A DNA stretch of 63,899 bases, filler included, from Octopus bimaculoides (Eukaryota): assembly GCF_001194135.2 (NCBI RefSeq). It is 5 parts of 4 records of this genome, joined end to end, with 100 filler letters (N's around TTAATTAATTAA, not from the genome) between each part and the next. Parts side by side here need not be neighbours in the genome. Positions count along the whole stretch, not along the records: positions 1 to 13,330 come from NC_068991.1; positions 13,431 to 41,794 come from NC_069004.1; 3 more parts are not named here. The stretch is one strand, 5' to 3'. Within the stretch, counting starts at the first letter, position 1, and each line of letters starts with the position of its first letter. Of this stretch, positions 12,782 to 24,880 are shown piece after piece. Below the pieces are notes generated by a model, which saw only the letters and a list, made by a program, of their open reading frames with translations, was not told where the DNA came from and did no database searches. A program made the position numbers and the translations under genes.

Positions 12782-13430
12782 GTAAGTGTATGTTTTAATA
12801 ATTATTTTCATATACTTATTTGCTTTCACTCGTCGTAGTCATTGTATAATTAACCATTCAAGTAGTTGAGCTGTATATTAATCCAGCAATAATTTGTATA
12901 TCGCTTATTTGGTCACAAATCAGCGAATTCTGTTTCACCTTCAAATAAGCTCCTCAATTATATACAACAAACATTTCACAATGATTTTTTTTTTTTTTTT
13001 TTTGGTCAGATTAGATCTATAAATGAATCCTTGACTGAAAAAAATCTCATCAAAGTCTCCTTAAGTTAGACAGTTCCCATTCCAGGCTTATAATCAGAGG
13101 TCTTACACAAAATGTTCCATTTGAATAGAAGAGGAAAACCTATTCGTTTAGTGAGTTATCAAAGATTTGGTTCGTAAGTTCCTTTCAATTTTATAACTAC
13201 ACATGACTTAATATTCGACTACATTTTGCAGTAGGAAAACCTGTAGAAGTATGAAACAGAAAATATATATGTTTTAGTGAAGAAGAGACGTCTTTGTGTT
13301 CGTATACTTAAACGAGGACTTGAATTTGATNNNNNNNNNNNNNNNNNNNNNNNNNNNNNNNNNNNNNNNNNNNNTTAATTAATTAANNNNNNNNNNNNNN
13401 NNNNNNNNNNNNNNNNNNNNNNNNNNNNNN

Positions 13431-13747
13431 GACCGGGCGTTGTGAGTGTTTATTGAGCGAAAACACCTGAAGCTCCATGAGGCTCCGGCAGGGGATGGTG
13501 GCGAACCCTGCTGTACTCTTTCACCACAACTTTCTCTCACTCTTACTTCCTGTTTTTGTTGTACCTATAATTCAAAGGGTCAGCCTTGTCACACTGTGTC
13601 ACACTGAATATCCCTGAGAACTACGTTAAGGGTACACGTGTCTGTGGAGTGCTCAGCCACTTGCACGTTAATTTCACGAGCAGGCTGTTCCATTGATCGG
13701 ATCAACTGGAACCCTCGATGTCGTAAGCGAGGGAGTGCCAACAACAA
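13431..13747 (+). mobile_element. SINE family C (head in gap)
   Basis: Reverse complement of 5898-6215; ends GTGCCAACAACAA. Confidence 0.92.
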
Positions 13748-16726
13748 TGTGTATCTATGTGTGTGCATGAGTGTGTCACTGGTGAAGTCACTCGTGCAAC
13801 TCATTTGTGTATATATTGGCTTAGTGGTACAGAATGTTTGGAAACAGTGAATAAGGTGCAAGTTTCGAGTACTTGTCGGTAACTTATTTTTGCTCCTCCT
13901 CTCCTAATAGTAACTATCCAACTTTCTAGGCTCTTCTCATAGTTATCCCACATTCAAAAATTATATGGGTATTTAAAAAAAGTTTTCATTCAATAAATAA
14001 TAAATTACGTATATATTAATAGAATAAACTGTTGGTTTTTCCAAATAGCGAATGAAAACTGAAAAGAGAAAATGTGAGACATTGCAAATAAGAATGGAAT
14101 ACTCCACAGTGAATGCAATGAATATTTAAATTTGTGAATTGGATGTAGTAAATGGCAATGAATATTTATATTTGCAAGAAATTAGAGTTAAAAAATTCAA
14201 GAAACTTGAGAAATCAAAATTATAGGAAATTTCTTAGAGCATGAATTTATAAAAATATTTCCAGACGGTCAACCCTTTAAGAATTGCTTTCTTTTAGTAC
14301 TTTTAGAAATTGTTACATATCTAATTAATAAGCAGCTTTCTCCATTATAGTAGATATATATATATATATATATAAACGTATATGACAAGCGTCTTTCACT
14401 TTCTGTCTACTAAGTCCACTTACAAGGCTTTGCTTGGTCTGGGGCTATAGCATAAAACATTTACCCAAGGTTCCATGCAGTGGGACTGAACCCAAGCCAT
14501 GAAGTTGGCAAACAAAGTTCTTACCACATAGCCATTCCTGTAATCTTCTCTTCATTTTCTAGTTTAGCTTCGTTGAGTAATATGTTGACTTATTCCTCAA
14601 GTAGAGCAATCCCTTGCAATTGGAATCTGAGAAAGCCAAGAATTCATGTGATGCAATACATTTCTGTGCCCAATGAGGCCTTTTGTTCACTATATGATAT
14701 ACGATAACTATATGATATACTATATGATAACTATATGATATACGATAAATACATCAATAAATATGTTGTTAGTGTTAGTGATTCTGATCACTAACTATAA
14801 AATTGTTTTAAAATTTTATAAACGGGTGGGGTAAATACACGCATACCCTTAACATGGTAGATAGGTAGACTGATGGATAGATAGATTGATATAGTAACCA
14901 GGTAGATCATTACATAGATAGGTAGATAGATTAAGTTAGTAGGTGGAGGGTTAGATAAGTTGTAGGGAGGGGAAGAAGACTTGTCATCTGATCTTGTCTC
15001 TCCATGCCTGTTATATTTTTAAAATTTAATGTTTTTAAAATATTTTTCTACGTATATTATTTATTTATTTTATTGTATTTATTTATTTTTCACCTCCTTC
15101 TTTTATGAATTTTCTACTGTTTGATTAGCTAAAAAATAAAACTGCAGATCTAATCAAACTTTTCTCGTCAATAAGTTCCAACATAGATAAAACAAAATTA
15201 AATAAACAGGCGTTTTTCTTAATTTTCCAGCGCCTCCTTTTCCTTATCACTCTATATTTAATGAGCGACTTGCAGTCAAGTTGATTAGTTTCACGGTGCC
15301 ATCATTTTTACTTTTGTTTTGTTGTTCAGTCTTTTCGTTCATTTTTTCTCCTTTCCAAATTGTTAGAAAATTTTTACTTTTATTGTGATACAAGTTGTCT
15401 CCCTTAGACGGAGAATCTTTCAAATTGGTAAATCTATTTCAATTACAACAGAAGCCGCTTATTTGGTGGGGGAAAACTTTGAGGACGAAGCTTTTTCGAT
15501 GACAATAACCAGCTGATTACATTAAACAGAAATTATAACAATGAATTGGAGACTTACTACGTATTTGGTAACATTGTCCGTGATTATCACGGATTCTTTA
15601 AAGGAATATGAAATCAACCTTGCACTTGACTGCTATTGTCGTCCCAGCAAAGCTCTATATTGTATTAGAGTAGTTTTTTTTTTCAAATGGGGAGTTTTAG
15701 GTAATACATCCATGCGTTTGGAATGGATCCACTTGTGTAAAAACTTGGGTGTCAGATTTAATAGCATGGCTCACTGAAGACAAGCAGAGTTGTCTCCCCA
15801 TTATCCAGAACTTTTTTTTCCTCTCTTCATGACTCATTTTTGAGCAAATAAAATACTTTAAGTGTACGTTGTATATAAAGTTATAAGGAGTATAGTGTAG
15901 AAGATAGTTATATATTTTAGTCTATAAATATATATAATTTCGATGTTACCTAGCAAGTGACTTGATCTGAGGCAATGAGGCAGTGTACCGAAACTGAAGG
16001 TGGTACAATATTTGCTGGTGTGTAAGACGCACTCCAATTTTACAAATATATTTTATGGAAAAACCAAATTCAGTATGTTTCATCATAAACTTATTGAAAG
16101 ATTTTTTAAATGATTTTATAGGGAAAATGTATCATTCTGTGCAAGTAAATAGAATATTGTGACAGTATATTGGGCACGACACCATAAATTTATCATAAGT
16201 AAACTACATTATGGGAGAACAGTATTTAAACTTTATCTTTTTTCAGATCAACTGCTGAGTTCTAGAGAATTGTCATCCGCACTATAAAACTCATATTTCA
16301 GGCTGTGATGCTTTGGTTTGTTGTCATCAGCTTCCAGGGTGGTGCATTGCTGTTATAGTTTTGTTGTCCTCCGCTTGTTGCAAATAACTGACAGCTGCAT
16401 GAAAATTTAACATTCTTTCCATCTTTCTAAGAGAATTTTTCATTTACATAATTAAAGAAAATCTTTCTTAAAGGTCACAGTCATTAAATAATGTAAGACA
16501 TATAGCAGGTGTGAGTTTTATGATGTCTTGCAAACAACTTGCACATGCAAGTGCCACCAGTCGAGAACTCTGCATACTGGAAGCCAGCAAATGTATGGGA
16601 TCATCACGAGAGAATGCATGCTGTTTCGGTGCTTACCTCTCAACAGAATCAATGCACAATGTCCCCCCGCCTCACCTCACTGATATGAGGCCCCGCTTGA
16701 TAGATCAACTGGTTATTAAATACAGC

Positions 16727-16900
16727 TCAATATTTTTCTAGCCATCGCTCATTGTCTTCTTTTTTAACCAAATCCAGTGGCTTAGCCTTCTCCACTGTAT
16801 TTTGGATATCACTCATGGTGGTATTTACCTTACGATCAGTTAGGCCTAACGATAACAGCAGTCGTCTCACACTGTGTCCAACAAACCCTCTACACCCGAC
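16727..16900 (-). mobile_element. HERO/R2-superfamily (restriction-like endonuclease) LINE, extreme 3' fragment
   Basis: EVGCRGFVGHSVRRLLLSLGL, then EKA(frameshift)SHWIWLK, matching the RLE C-terminus pattern. Confidence 0.7.
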
Positions 16901-17413
16901 TTCTGTTTGGTGAACTCCTTGCATGTTTTGCTATGTGCTACACACAGATACTGGAGAAGGAGATATAATGAGATGATGTGACTTTCCCCTCATTACTTAC
17001 TGCCAATTTGCTGTAAGTAATTTTTCATAAGTTTGTGCTAATAGTCAACAATAATTTGGCTTCTTTCCAATATTCTGTTTTTAGTAACAATTATTGTATG
17101 TAGTGGTCTTTTGTTCATCCTGCTCCCTAGCCTACAATACTCTCTCCTATTCATAATAAAGCCACATTAGACATAGGGTAATCTTTGGATGCATTTAAAA
17201 AATCGAAAAGGCATGTCTTATACAGTGCATCACGAAAGAGCCATTCAAGCCATTTATCAACACACAAAACTTAAATTCAGCTTAAATTTATTTCCCAAGG
17301 TGTCAGACTTCTTGCCACACCACAGCAACCTGCTCCATTATACAGTTCCTCTGTGATAGTATAGTGTTATTAAATGATTCCTTTTCATGATGTTGTTCTT
17401 AAAGTACAGAAAA

Positions 17414-17806
17414 TTGTTGTATTGTTGTTGGCACTCCGTCGCTTACAACGTTGAGGGTTCCAGTTAATCTGATCAACGGAACAGCCTGCTCGTGAAATTA
17501 ACATGCAAGTGGCTGAGCACTCCACAGACACGTGTACCCTTAATGTAGTTCTCGGGGATATTTAGCGTGACACAGTGTGACAAGGCTGACCCTTTGAATT
17601 ACAGGCACAACAGAAACAGGAAGTAAGAGTGAGAGAAAGTTGTGGTGAAAGAGTACAGCAGGGTTCGCCACCATCCCCTGCCGGAGCCTTGTGGAGCTTT
17701 AGGTGTTTTCGCTCAATAAACACTTACAACGCCAGTCTGGGAATTGAAACCGCAATCCTTTGACCGCGAGTCCGCTGCCCTAACCACTGGGCCATTGCGC
17801 CTCCAC
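17414..17806 (-). mobile_element. SINE family C, full length
   Basis: GTGGAGGCGCAATGGCCCAGTGGTTAGG head on the minus strand; (CAA)n tail. Confidence 0.92.
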
Positions 17807-18179
17807 ACAGAAAATTATCAAGTACTTAATTCTTTCACCAAAAAACAATGTATTATCAATGAAAATCATGTACCCCATGTGGTTTTTAAAAAAATTTTGG
17901 CAACGTTCTCTATGTTTGGATGTATTTAAGACAAACACCTTTTATAGTTTAGTTATATCTTGTGTTATATTTATAAGGCTTTATGTGTGTATTTTATAGA
18001 TGTGTACATCTATAACTGTAATTTTTAGAAGGTACATGGTAGGCTGTTAAAATTATGATTCCAAGGTCATAGGTTTGATTCCAAGACTGGTTGGCAACAC
18101 ACTTCATTTCATGTTGCTTTCATCTTGATTTAGTCTACTCCCCTGAAAAGGGTTTACATCTTCTATGGCACACTGTATG

Positions 18180-18214
<35 letters not shown>

Positions 18215-18684
18215 AGGTGTTACGGTTGACCAAATAGAAAGTCTCAAGGTACAAGTCAAAGAGTAAATAGTTTGTATCATAGCATAAATGTTGTACTTCT
18301 ACTATACAACAGAGAAACCAAAGATGTAAGATCCCAGAAAACTGGTGACAATCTGTGTGTAGCACATAGCAAAAACATGCAAAGAGTTCACCAAACAGAA
18401 TAAATTAATGTTGTGAAGAAGAAAAGAATTTTTTTTCTTCCTCATGAATGAGAGCCATAAAATTTTTTGTTACTGCAGTAAAATGACAGATGTTGAAAAT
18501 CTTTCCTGTCATACAGTAACAGATGTAGATACCAACATCAGTATGCATAAAGGCTTGCAAGATAACAATAGCAAAGATGATGGTAAACAATATAGGTCTT
18601 AACAGTGTTGTATGAATGTGAGACCCAGACAACCTAGGGTAGGCTTACCCAACATTTCAATCGATTCCACTAGCAACGCTTGTG

Positions 18685-19090
18685 TAGGCGTAGAAGTGGC
18701 TGTGTGGTAAGTAGCTTGCTTATGAACCTCATGTTTCCGGGTTTGGTCCCACTGTGTGGCACCTTGGGCAAGTGTCTTCTACTATAGCCTCGGGCTGACC
18801 AAAGCCTTGTGAGTGGATTTGGTAGATGGAAACTGAAAGAAGCCCGTCGTATATATGTATATATGTGTGTGTGTGTGTGTATATGTTTGTGTGTCTGTGT
18901 TTGTCCCCCCAACATCGCTTGACAACCAATGCTGGTGTGTTTACATCTCCGTAACTTAATGGTTCGGCAAAAGAGACCGATAGAATAAGTATTAGGCTTA
19001 CAAAGAATAAGTCCTGGGGTCGATTTGCTTGACTAAAGGTGGTGCTCCAGCATGGTCACAGTCAAATGACTGAAACAAGTAAAAGAGTAA
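18685..19090 (+). mobile_element. SINE family B (tRNA head plus CORE-like domain, internal TA/TG microsatellite), full length
   Basis: GGCTGTGTGGTAAG A-box, GGGTT..GTCCC B-box, ACCTTGGGCAAGTG CORE-like motif, GTAAAAGA tail. Confidence 0.9.
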
Positions 19091-19124
19091 TGTCCTGAAG
19101 ATTTTATGGCAATCTCGTGTACCT

Positions 19125-19575
19125 GATACAAGAGTATTGCAGCTGGCAACAGTGACAAGTATTGAGTCCATGATTATGAAACACCCACTTGAATGGTCTG
19201 GTCATCTTGTCTGTTTAGAGGACACCTACATGCCAAAACAAGTGTTGTTTGGTGGGATGGAGTAAGGAAAACATTCCTGGTGCAAGCCATACAAACATTT
19301 CAATGACATTATTAAAGCCATATTTAAAAAGATAAATATCAATCCCAACACCTGAGAAGATCTTGCATCAGATAGGGAGCTGTGGAGGAATCTAATTGCT
19401 ACTGATTTCAAAGAATTTGAGAACAACCGGGTTGCCTACACTGAGTTGAAATGTGCTGGTAAATATATGGAAGATATGAACCCTCTCCTTGAGAAGGGTA
19501 TAAAAAAAAGGTCTCTCTTATGTAACCAGTGTAGTTGCATCTGCTTCTTAAAGGTAGGTCTACTCAGCCACAAGC
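19125..19575 (+). mobile_element. RTE-clade LINE, 3' fragment with one terminal zinc finger
   Basis: [26 protein letters not shown]...DLASDRELWR...CNQCS.IC..KVGLLSH, degenerate. Confidence 0.8.
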
Positions 19576-19939
19576 ATGATCATAGAGGCATCCCATGTCT
19601 ACCAATATGATATCCAGCATGATCACCCATGTACCTTGTGTTGCAGAGTGTGTGGATTGGCCACTGGACTCACTCAGCATTGTGGTTTCAAAGAACTTGA
19701 TGGTCAAGCTGTTGCTGAAGAACTGACTTGTAATATCAATATGGCAATGGGACTTGTAAGACCCTTGCAGTCCTTAGGAGCCATAAAAGATGTCAGCAAC
19801 AATAGGGAGAGCAAATTTGAGATGTTTCTTGGAGGGAAATGGTTTTAAGAAGTGGTCTTACTGAAGTCAGCTTCCGCTACGTATTTGTGTATGTACACAC
19901 ACACACACACGGACACATGGACACATACACAATTAAGTA

Positions 19940-21401
19940 TTAGGTTGGCAACTAAGTTCCCGCCGTTTTTTTAAATTTAAATTTTTTGAAAAGTTTAATA
20001 AAAAATAACAACTAATTAATCAATAATGTATTCACCCTTGTTGTTTACAACTTATTCCCAACGTTCAACAAGATTTTCCCTTTTGATGAATTCTTGGCTT
20101 TCTCAGATTCCAATTGCAAGGGATTGCTCTACTTGAGGAATAAGTCAACATATTACTCAACGAAGCTAAACTAGAAAATGAAGAGAAGATTACAGGAATG
20201 GCTATGTGGTAAGAACTTTGTTTGCCAACTTCATGGCTTGGGTTCAGTCCCACTGCATGGAACCTTGGGTAAATGTTTTATGCTATAGCCCCAGACCAAG
20301 CAAAGCCTTGTAAGTGAACTTAGTAGACAGAAACTGAAAGACGCTTGTCATATACGTTTATATATATATATATATCTACTATAATGGAGAAAGCTGCTTA
20401 TTAATTAGATATGTAACAATTTCNNNNNNNNNNNNNNNNNNNNNNNNNNNNNNNNNNNNNNNNNNNNNNNNNNNNNNNNNNNNNNNNNNNNNNNNNNNNN
20501 NNNNNNNNNNNNNNNNNNNNNNNNNNNNNNNNNNNNNNNNNNNNNNNNNNNNNNNNNNNNNNNNNNNNNNNNNNNNNNNNNNNNNNNNNNNNNNNNNNNN
20601 NNNNNNNNNNNNNNNNNNNNNNNNNNNNNNNNNNNNNNNNNNNNNNNNNNNNNNNNNNNNNNNNNNNNNNNNNNNNNNNNNNNNNNNNNNNNNNNNNNNN
20701 NNNNNNNNNNNNNNNNNNNNNNNNNNNNNNNNNNNNNNNNNNNNNNNNNNNNNNNNNNNNNNNNNNNNNNNNNNNNNNNNNNNNNNNNNNNNNNNNNNNN
20801 NNNNNNNNNNNNNNNNNNNNNNNNNNNNNNNNNNNNNNNNNNNNNNNNNNNNNNNNNNNNNNNNNNNNNNNNNNNNNNNNNNNNNNNNNNNNNATTTTTC
20901 TTGTCACTTAAAGCATGTGAACCCATGCTCCATACTTCTGGACCTTTCCCATCGAGTGAAGATGCTTCTCTATAGCAGTGTGGGAACATTCCATTTTCTC
21001 TGCTAGTTCCCTTGTCGTTTGACGAGAATTTTCGTGCAAAAGTTGGTTTAATCGCTCTTCATCGAACTCAACTGGACGGCCAGAATGAGGTGCGTTTTTG
21101 AGGTCAAAATTTCCATTTTTGAACTTGGCATACAATCACGAGCGGTTCTTTCAGCTATGACACCCTCTCCATACACAGCACAAATGTCGCGAGCAGCTTT
21201 GGAGGCCTTGGAACCTTGGTTAAAAGCAAAAACAAGGAGGTGTCAAAAATGCTCGTTTCTCTTAACTTGTCATTCCATTTTAATGATCTAAAATTAACTA
21301 GAAAAAAAAAAAGATTCCAAAATGGTTCGAAAATAGAATTCTCGAAAAAAATAGATTCCAAAATAAAAAAAAAAACGGCGGTAACTTAGTTGCCAATCCA
21401 A
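19940..21401 (-). mobile_element. Mariner transposon (mellifera-like), degenerate, with an internal foreign insert
   Basis: TIRs TTAGGTTGGCAACTAAGTTCCCGCCG / TTGGATTGGCAACTAAGTTACCGCCG with TA on both flanks. Transposase N-terminus ...HSGRPVEFD...WVPHAL (20894-21280); C-terminus NLVERWE*VVNNKGEYIID* (about 20018-20078). Confidence 0.9.
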
Positions 21402-21588
21402 TATATGTCCGGTCATAGAGTGACCAATGGTTTTGTAGTGCTTGATGGCTGCGAGACCATTGCTCACTCTATGACTGGACATATACTTAACTACATATAA
21501 ATACGTAACTGCTCTATGCTTTAGAGTGTGCTTCTTTTTCACATATATTATACACTGACGATATATATATATATATATATATAAGCAT

Positions 21589-21791
21589 ATGCATGTATAC
21601 ATACATATATATACATACCTACATCTACATGTATATATAGATGCATATCTGGGTACAGTTCGTCAAAAAACGGACTTTGTTTATGTTTCCGTTCCTTTTT
21701 TGTCCACGTTTTTTTGAAGTCCTGTACCCGGATATGCATCTATATATACATGTAGATGTAGGTATGTACATATATGTATGTATAGATGCAT
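21589..21791. repeat. Palindromic MITE-like element
   Basis: Arms of about 70 bp (3 mismatches) ending GGGTACAG / CTGTACCC around a 63-bp core. Confidence 0.85.
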
Positions 21792-22174
21792 GTGTTCATA
21801 TATCATTTGTATTATTATATTATCGAACGCTACGCGTCCATTTGCAAGTATATATACATACATACATATATATATNNNNNNNNNNNNNNNNNNNNNNNNN
21901 NNNNNNNNNNNNNNNNNNNNNNNNNNNNNNNNNNNNNNNNNNNNNNNNNNNNNNNNNNNNNNNNNNNNNNNNNNNNNNNNNNNNNNNNNNNNNNNNNNNN
22001 NNNNNNNNNNNNNNNNNNNNNNNNNNNNNNNNNNNNNNNNNNNNNNNNNNNNNNNNNNNNNNNNNNNNNNNNNNNNNNNNNNNNNNNNNNNNNNNNNNNN
22101 NNNNNNNNNNNNNNNNNNNNNNNNNNNNNNNNNNNNNNNNNNNNNNNNNNNNNNNNNNNNNNNNNNNNNNNNNN

Positions 22175-22212
<38 letters not shown>

Positions 22213-22214
22213 GG

Positions 22215-22365
22215 ATTTCTTTCAGTTTCCGTCTACTAAATCTACTCACAATGCTTTAGTCAGCCCGAGGTTACAGTAGAAGACACGCGCCCAAGGTGCC
22301 GCGCAGTGGGACTGAACCACGTTGTTGAGAAGCTAACTTCTTACCACACAGTCACTCATGCGCCT
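22215..22365 (-). mobile_element. SINE family B 5' half (similar partial copies at 14385-14540, 25772-25940, 36160-36318, 42495-42655, 46480-46582)
   Basis: Reverse complement of the head plus CORE-like region. Confidence 0.8.
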
Positions 22366-23020
22366 ATATAATATTGTATGGGCAAAAACTTTTCAATAGG
22401 AGTTATCCCCCTTCCATTAGGCAGCGTCTGTTTTGCTTTGATATTTCAGGGTTTTTTAAAAATCTTTTTAAATGGCAGCCTGAAAAGAATATTGAGTGAT
22501 TTAAACAAAAGTGTGTGTGTGTGTGTGTGTGCATGATTGAGAGGGAAAAAAATTGAGATTGGATATGTGCACATGGTTAAAGCTTCAATATACAAGAGTA
22601 ATCCATGGCATAACAGATGAATAACACATATGTTAGATATCAAAGTATTACTGTGTAAACTGCAATCATGGCACACTGACCTTACATATATAAAAGTACA
22701 TACTGGTGTATACACATGCTTATAATGATGATGTACATTTATATCTATATGTGTGTAAATATGTGTATACATACATACATACATACATACATACTATTTA
22801 TTAAACCCCAAAAAACCCTTCATAAACTATTTTTCAGTGTTTCACATGATTTCATCAGACAGTTGCAATAATATTATTAGTATTATCACAACTGTCCGAT
22901 GAACAGGAATGTGAAACTCTGAGTTACAGTTTGTGAAAAAAAATTGTTTTCCGGCTTTAATAAATAGTATACTGCTCTTCCTTTGGTATTTGAGTACCCT
23001 TTTTTTTCCACCTTAAGTCA

Positions 23021-23520
23021 ACCCTTGCTTCGGATCGAGTTGGATGGTGAACAAAGGTGTGGAGTGGAGTGAAAGCATTTGAAGAGGCCAGGATAAAACA
23101 GGTAAAACTCAAAAGAGATCTAAGGAAGAATGTAACGATTGAGAAGGTGAATGACAATGACCTTTTTGTATGCACAGTTTGTGACAGACCATACCTGTCT
23201 TTTGCTGGCCTCAAATCTCATCTGTGAATACATGGAAAACAAACCTCCACCAGCTATTCTGCCTATATATCTGTGCACACTTTTAAATGCTGTGTATGCC
23301 AGAAGGTTTGCAAATCCAACAGAGGCCTCAAGAGACATTTTAAGATCCACAAAGAGCATAACTTATCTGCTGCTCTTGGTGGTCCAAATCGGAGGTGCAA
23401 TCTATGTGGGTGTCTTTTCAGAACATTGTCTGGTTTAAAAGCCACATCAGGTGCCATGATGGATCTAAGGTGTAGGTACAGGGGGTGGTCAAACTCTGCA
23501 TAAGAAGTAGACAACCACCA
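23021..23520 (+). mobile_element. RTE-like LINE 3' fragment ending in three C2H2 zinc fingers
   Basis: LASDRVGW*TKV..GVKAFEEAR, then CTVC..HL*IH, CCVC..HFKIH, and CNLC..(frameshift)SHIRCH. Confidence 0.75.
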
Positions 23521-23760
23521 TATACAGATATCAAGAGAGAGAGAGAGAGAGATACATATATGTACATATACAAACATATATATTTGACAAGGCATAAATA
23601 ATAGCCATTACATAATCTTTATTGTAGTGAAATTGACTTACAGTTGTTTCCAGTAGTCATTATTGATTTGTTATTGATTGGTTTACTCAATTGGCCCATT
23701 GATTGGTTGAGAAAAATGTCACAAGAATACACAAAGTTCTTTACTAATGTAAAAAATATT

Positions 23761-23992
23761 TATTTCTTTATTGCCCACAGGGGGCTAAACATAGAGGGAA
23801 CAAACAAGGATGGACAAAGGGATTAAGTCGATTACATCAACCCCAGTGCGTAACTGGTACTTAATTTATCGACCCTGAAAGGATGAAAGGCAAAGTCAAC
23901 CTTGGCGGAATTTGAACTCAGAACATAACGGCAGACGAAATACCACTTAGAATTTCGCCCGGCGTACTAATGCTTCTGCCAGCTCGCTGCCC
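23761..23992 (-). mobile_element. SINE family A, full length
   Basis: Reverse complement of 2922-3158. Confidence 0.88.
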
Positions 23993-24388
23993 TAATGTAA
24001 AAAATATTGTTAGCCTGATGTATTAACTGAGAGCTTATAAAGTATTTTACCTGGATTGATAATTCTGCACTAATAGCTCTGTTTTATGTATGTATGTACA
24101 TATGTATGCATGTTTGCATGCAGGCAGGTAGGTAAGGTTGACCAAAAAGTCCCCTTGTTTTGGGGGCGTTTTTTAAGTGGACACACTCACAAACTGTCAT
24201 CCTGCTGTTATCGATGAAATATTTCTAATTTGATATTTTATGCTTTCTGCAGTAAATGTTGGAGACATATTTTCATGCCTTTGAAACTCTGTGTATTTAA
24301 TTCACATCTCTTTAAAATGTAATTAATTCACATCTCTTTAAAATTTATGCTGTACACAAATTTTGTTTGTTTCTTTCGTTTACAAACA

Positions 24389-24435
<47 letters not shown>

Positions 24436-24532
24436 ATGTGTAGAATTTATCTCTTTCCTTGCATAAAACTCTCAGCCCTTGTAATACTTTTGTTACTTCC
24501 TACTGATTAAATATCATAGAAAAATATACATA

Positions 24533-24880
24533 CAGGCATAGGTGTGGCTGTGTAGTAGGAAGTTTGCTTCCCAACCACATGGTTCTGTGTTCAGTCCTAC
24601 TGTGCGACACCTTGGGCAAGTGTCTTCTACTATAGCCTTGAGCCAACCAAAGACTTGTGAGTGGATTTGGGAGACAGAAACAGAAAGAAGCCTATCATGT
24701 GTGCATGTGTCTTTGTGTCTGTGTTTGTCCCCCACAACTGCTAAATGACCAGTGTTGATTTGATTACATGCTTGTGACTCAGAGGTTTAGCAAAAGAAAT
24801 CTATAGAATAAGTACCAGGCTAAAAATTCTTCAAGGAATGGCTACAGTCCAATGACTGAAACAATTAAAAGATGAAAGAA
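24533..24880 (+). mobile_element. SINE family B
   Basis: Collinear with 18685-19090. Confidence 0.85.

Noticed and set aside
12782-12838. ORF-track tail VSVCFNNYFHILICFHSS
   Set aside because: Intron read-through after the GTAAGT donor.
13375-13386. TTAATTAATTAA repeated at 13375, 41839, 47257 and 61547
   Set aside because: Each is centred in exactly 44 N + 12 + 44 N; this is a six-frame-stop assembly linker, not biology. It also means adjacency across these points is uncertain.
16948-17013. CAG...GTAAGT-bounded segment as sGC exon 2
   Set aside because: Phase-0 reading gives ILEKEI*, with no PAS similarity; the acceptor lies in a duplicated patch.
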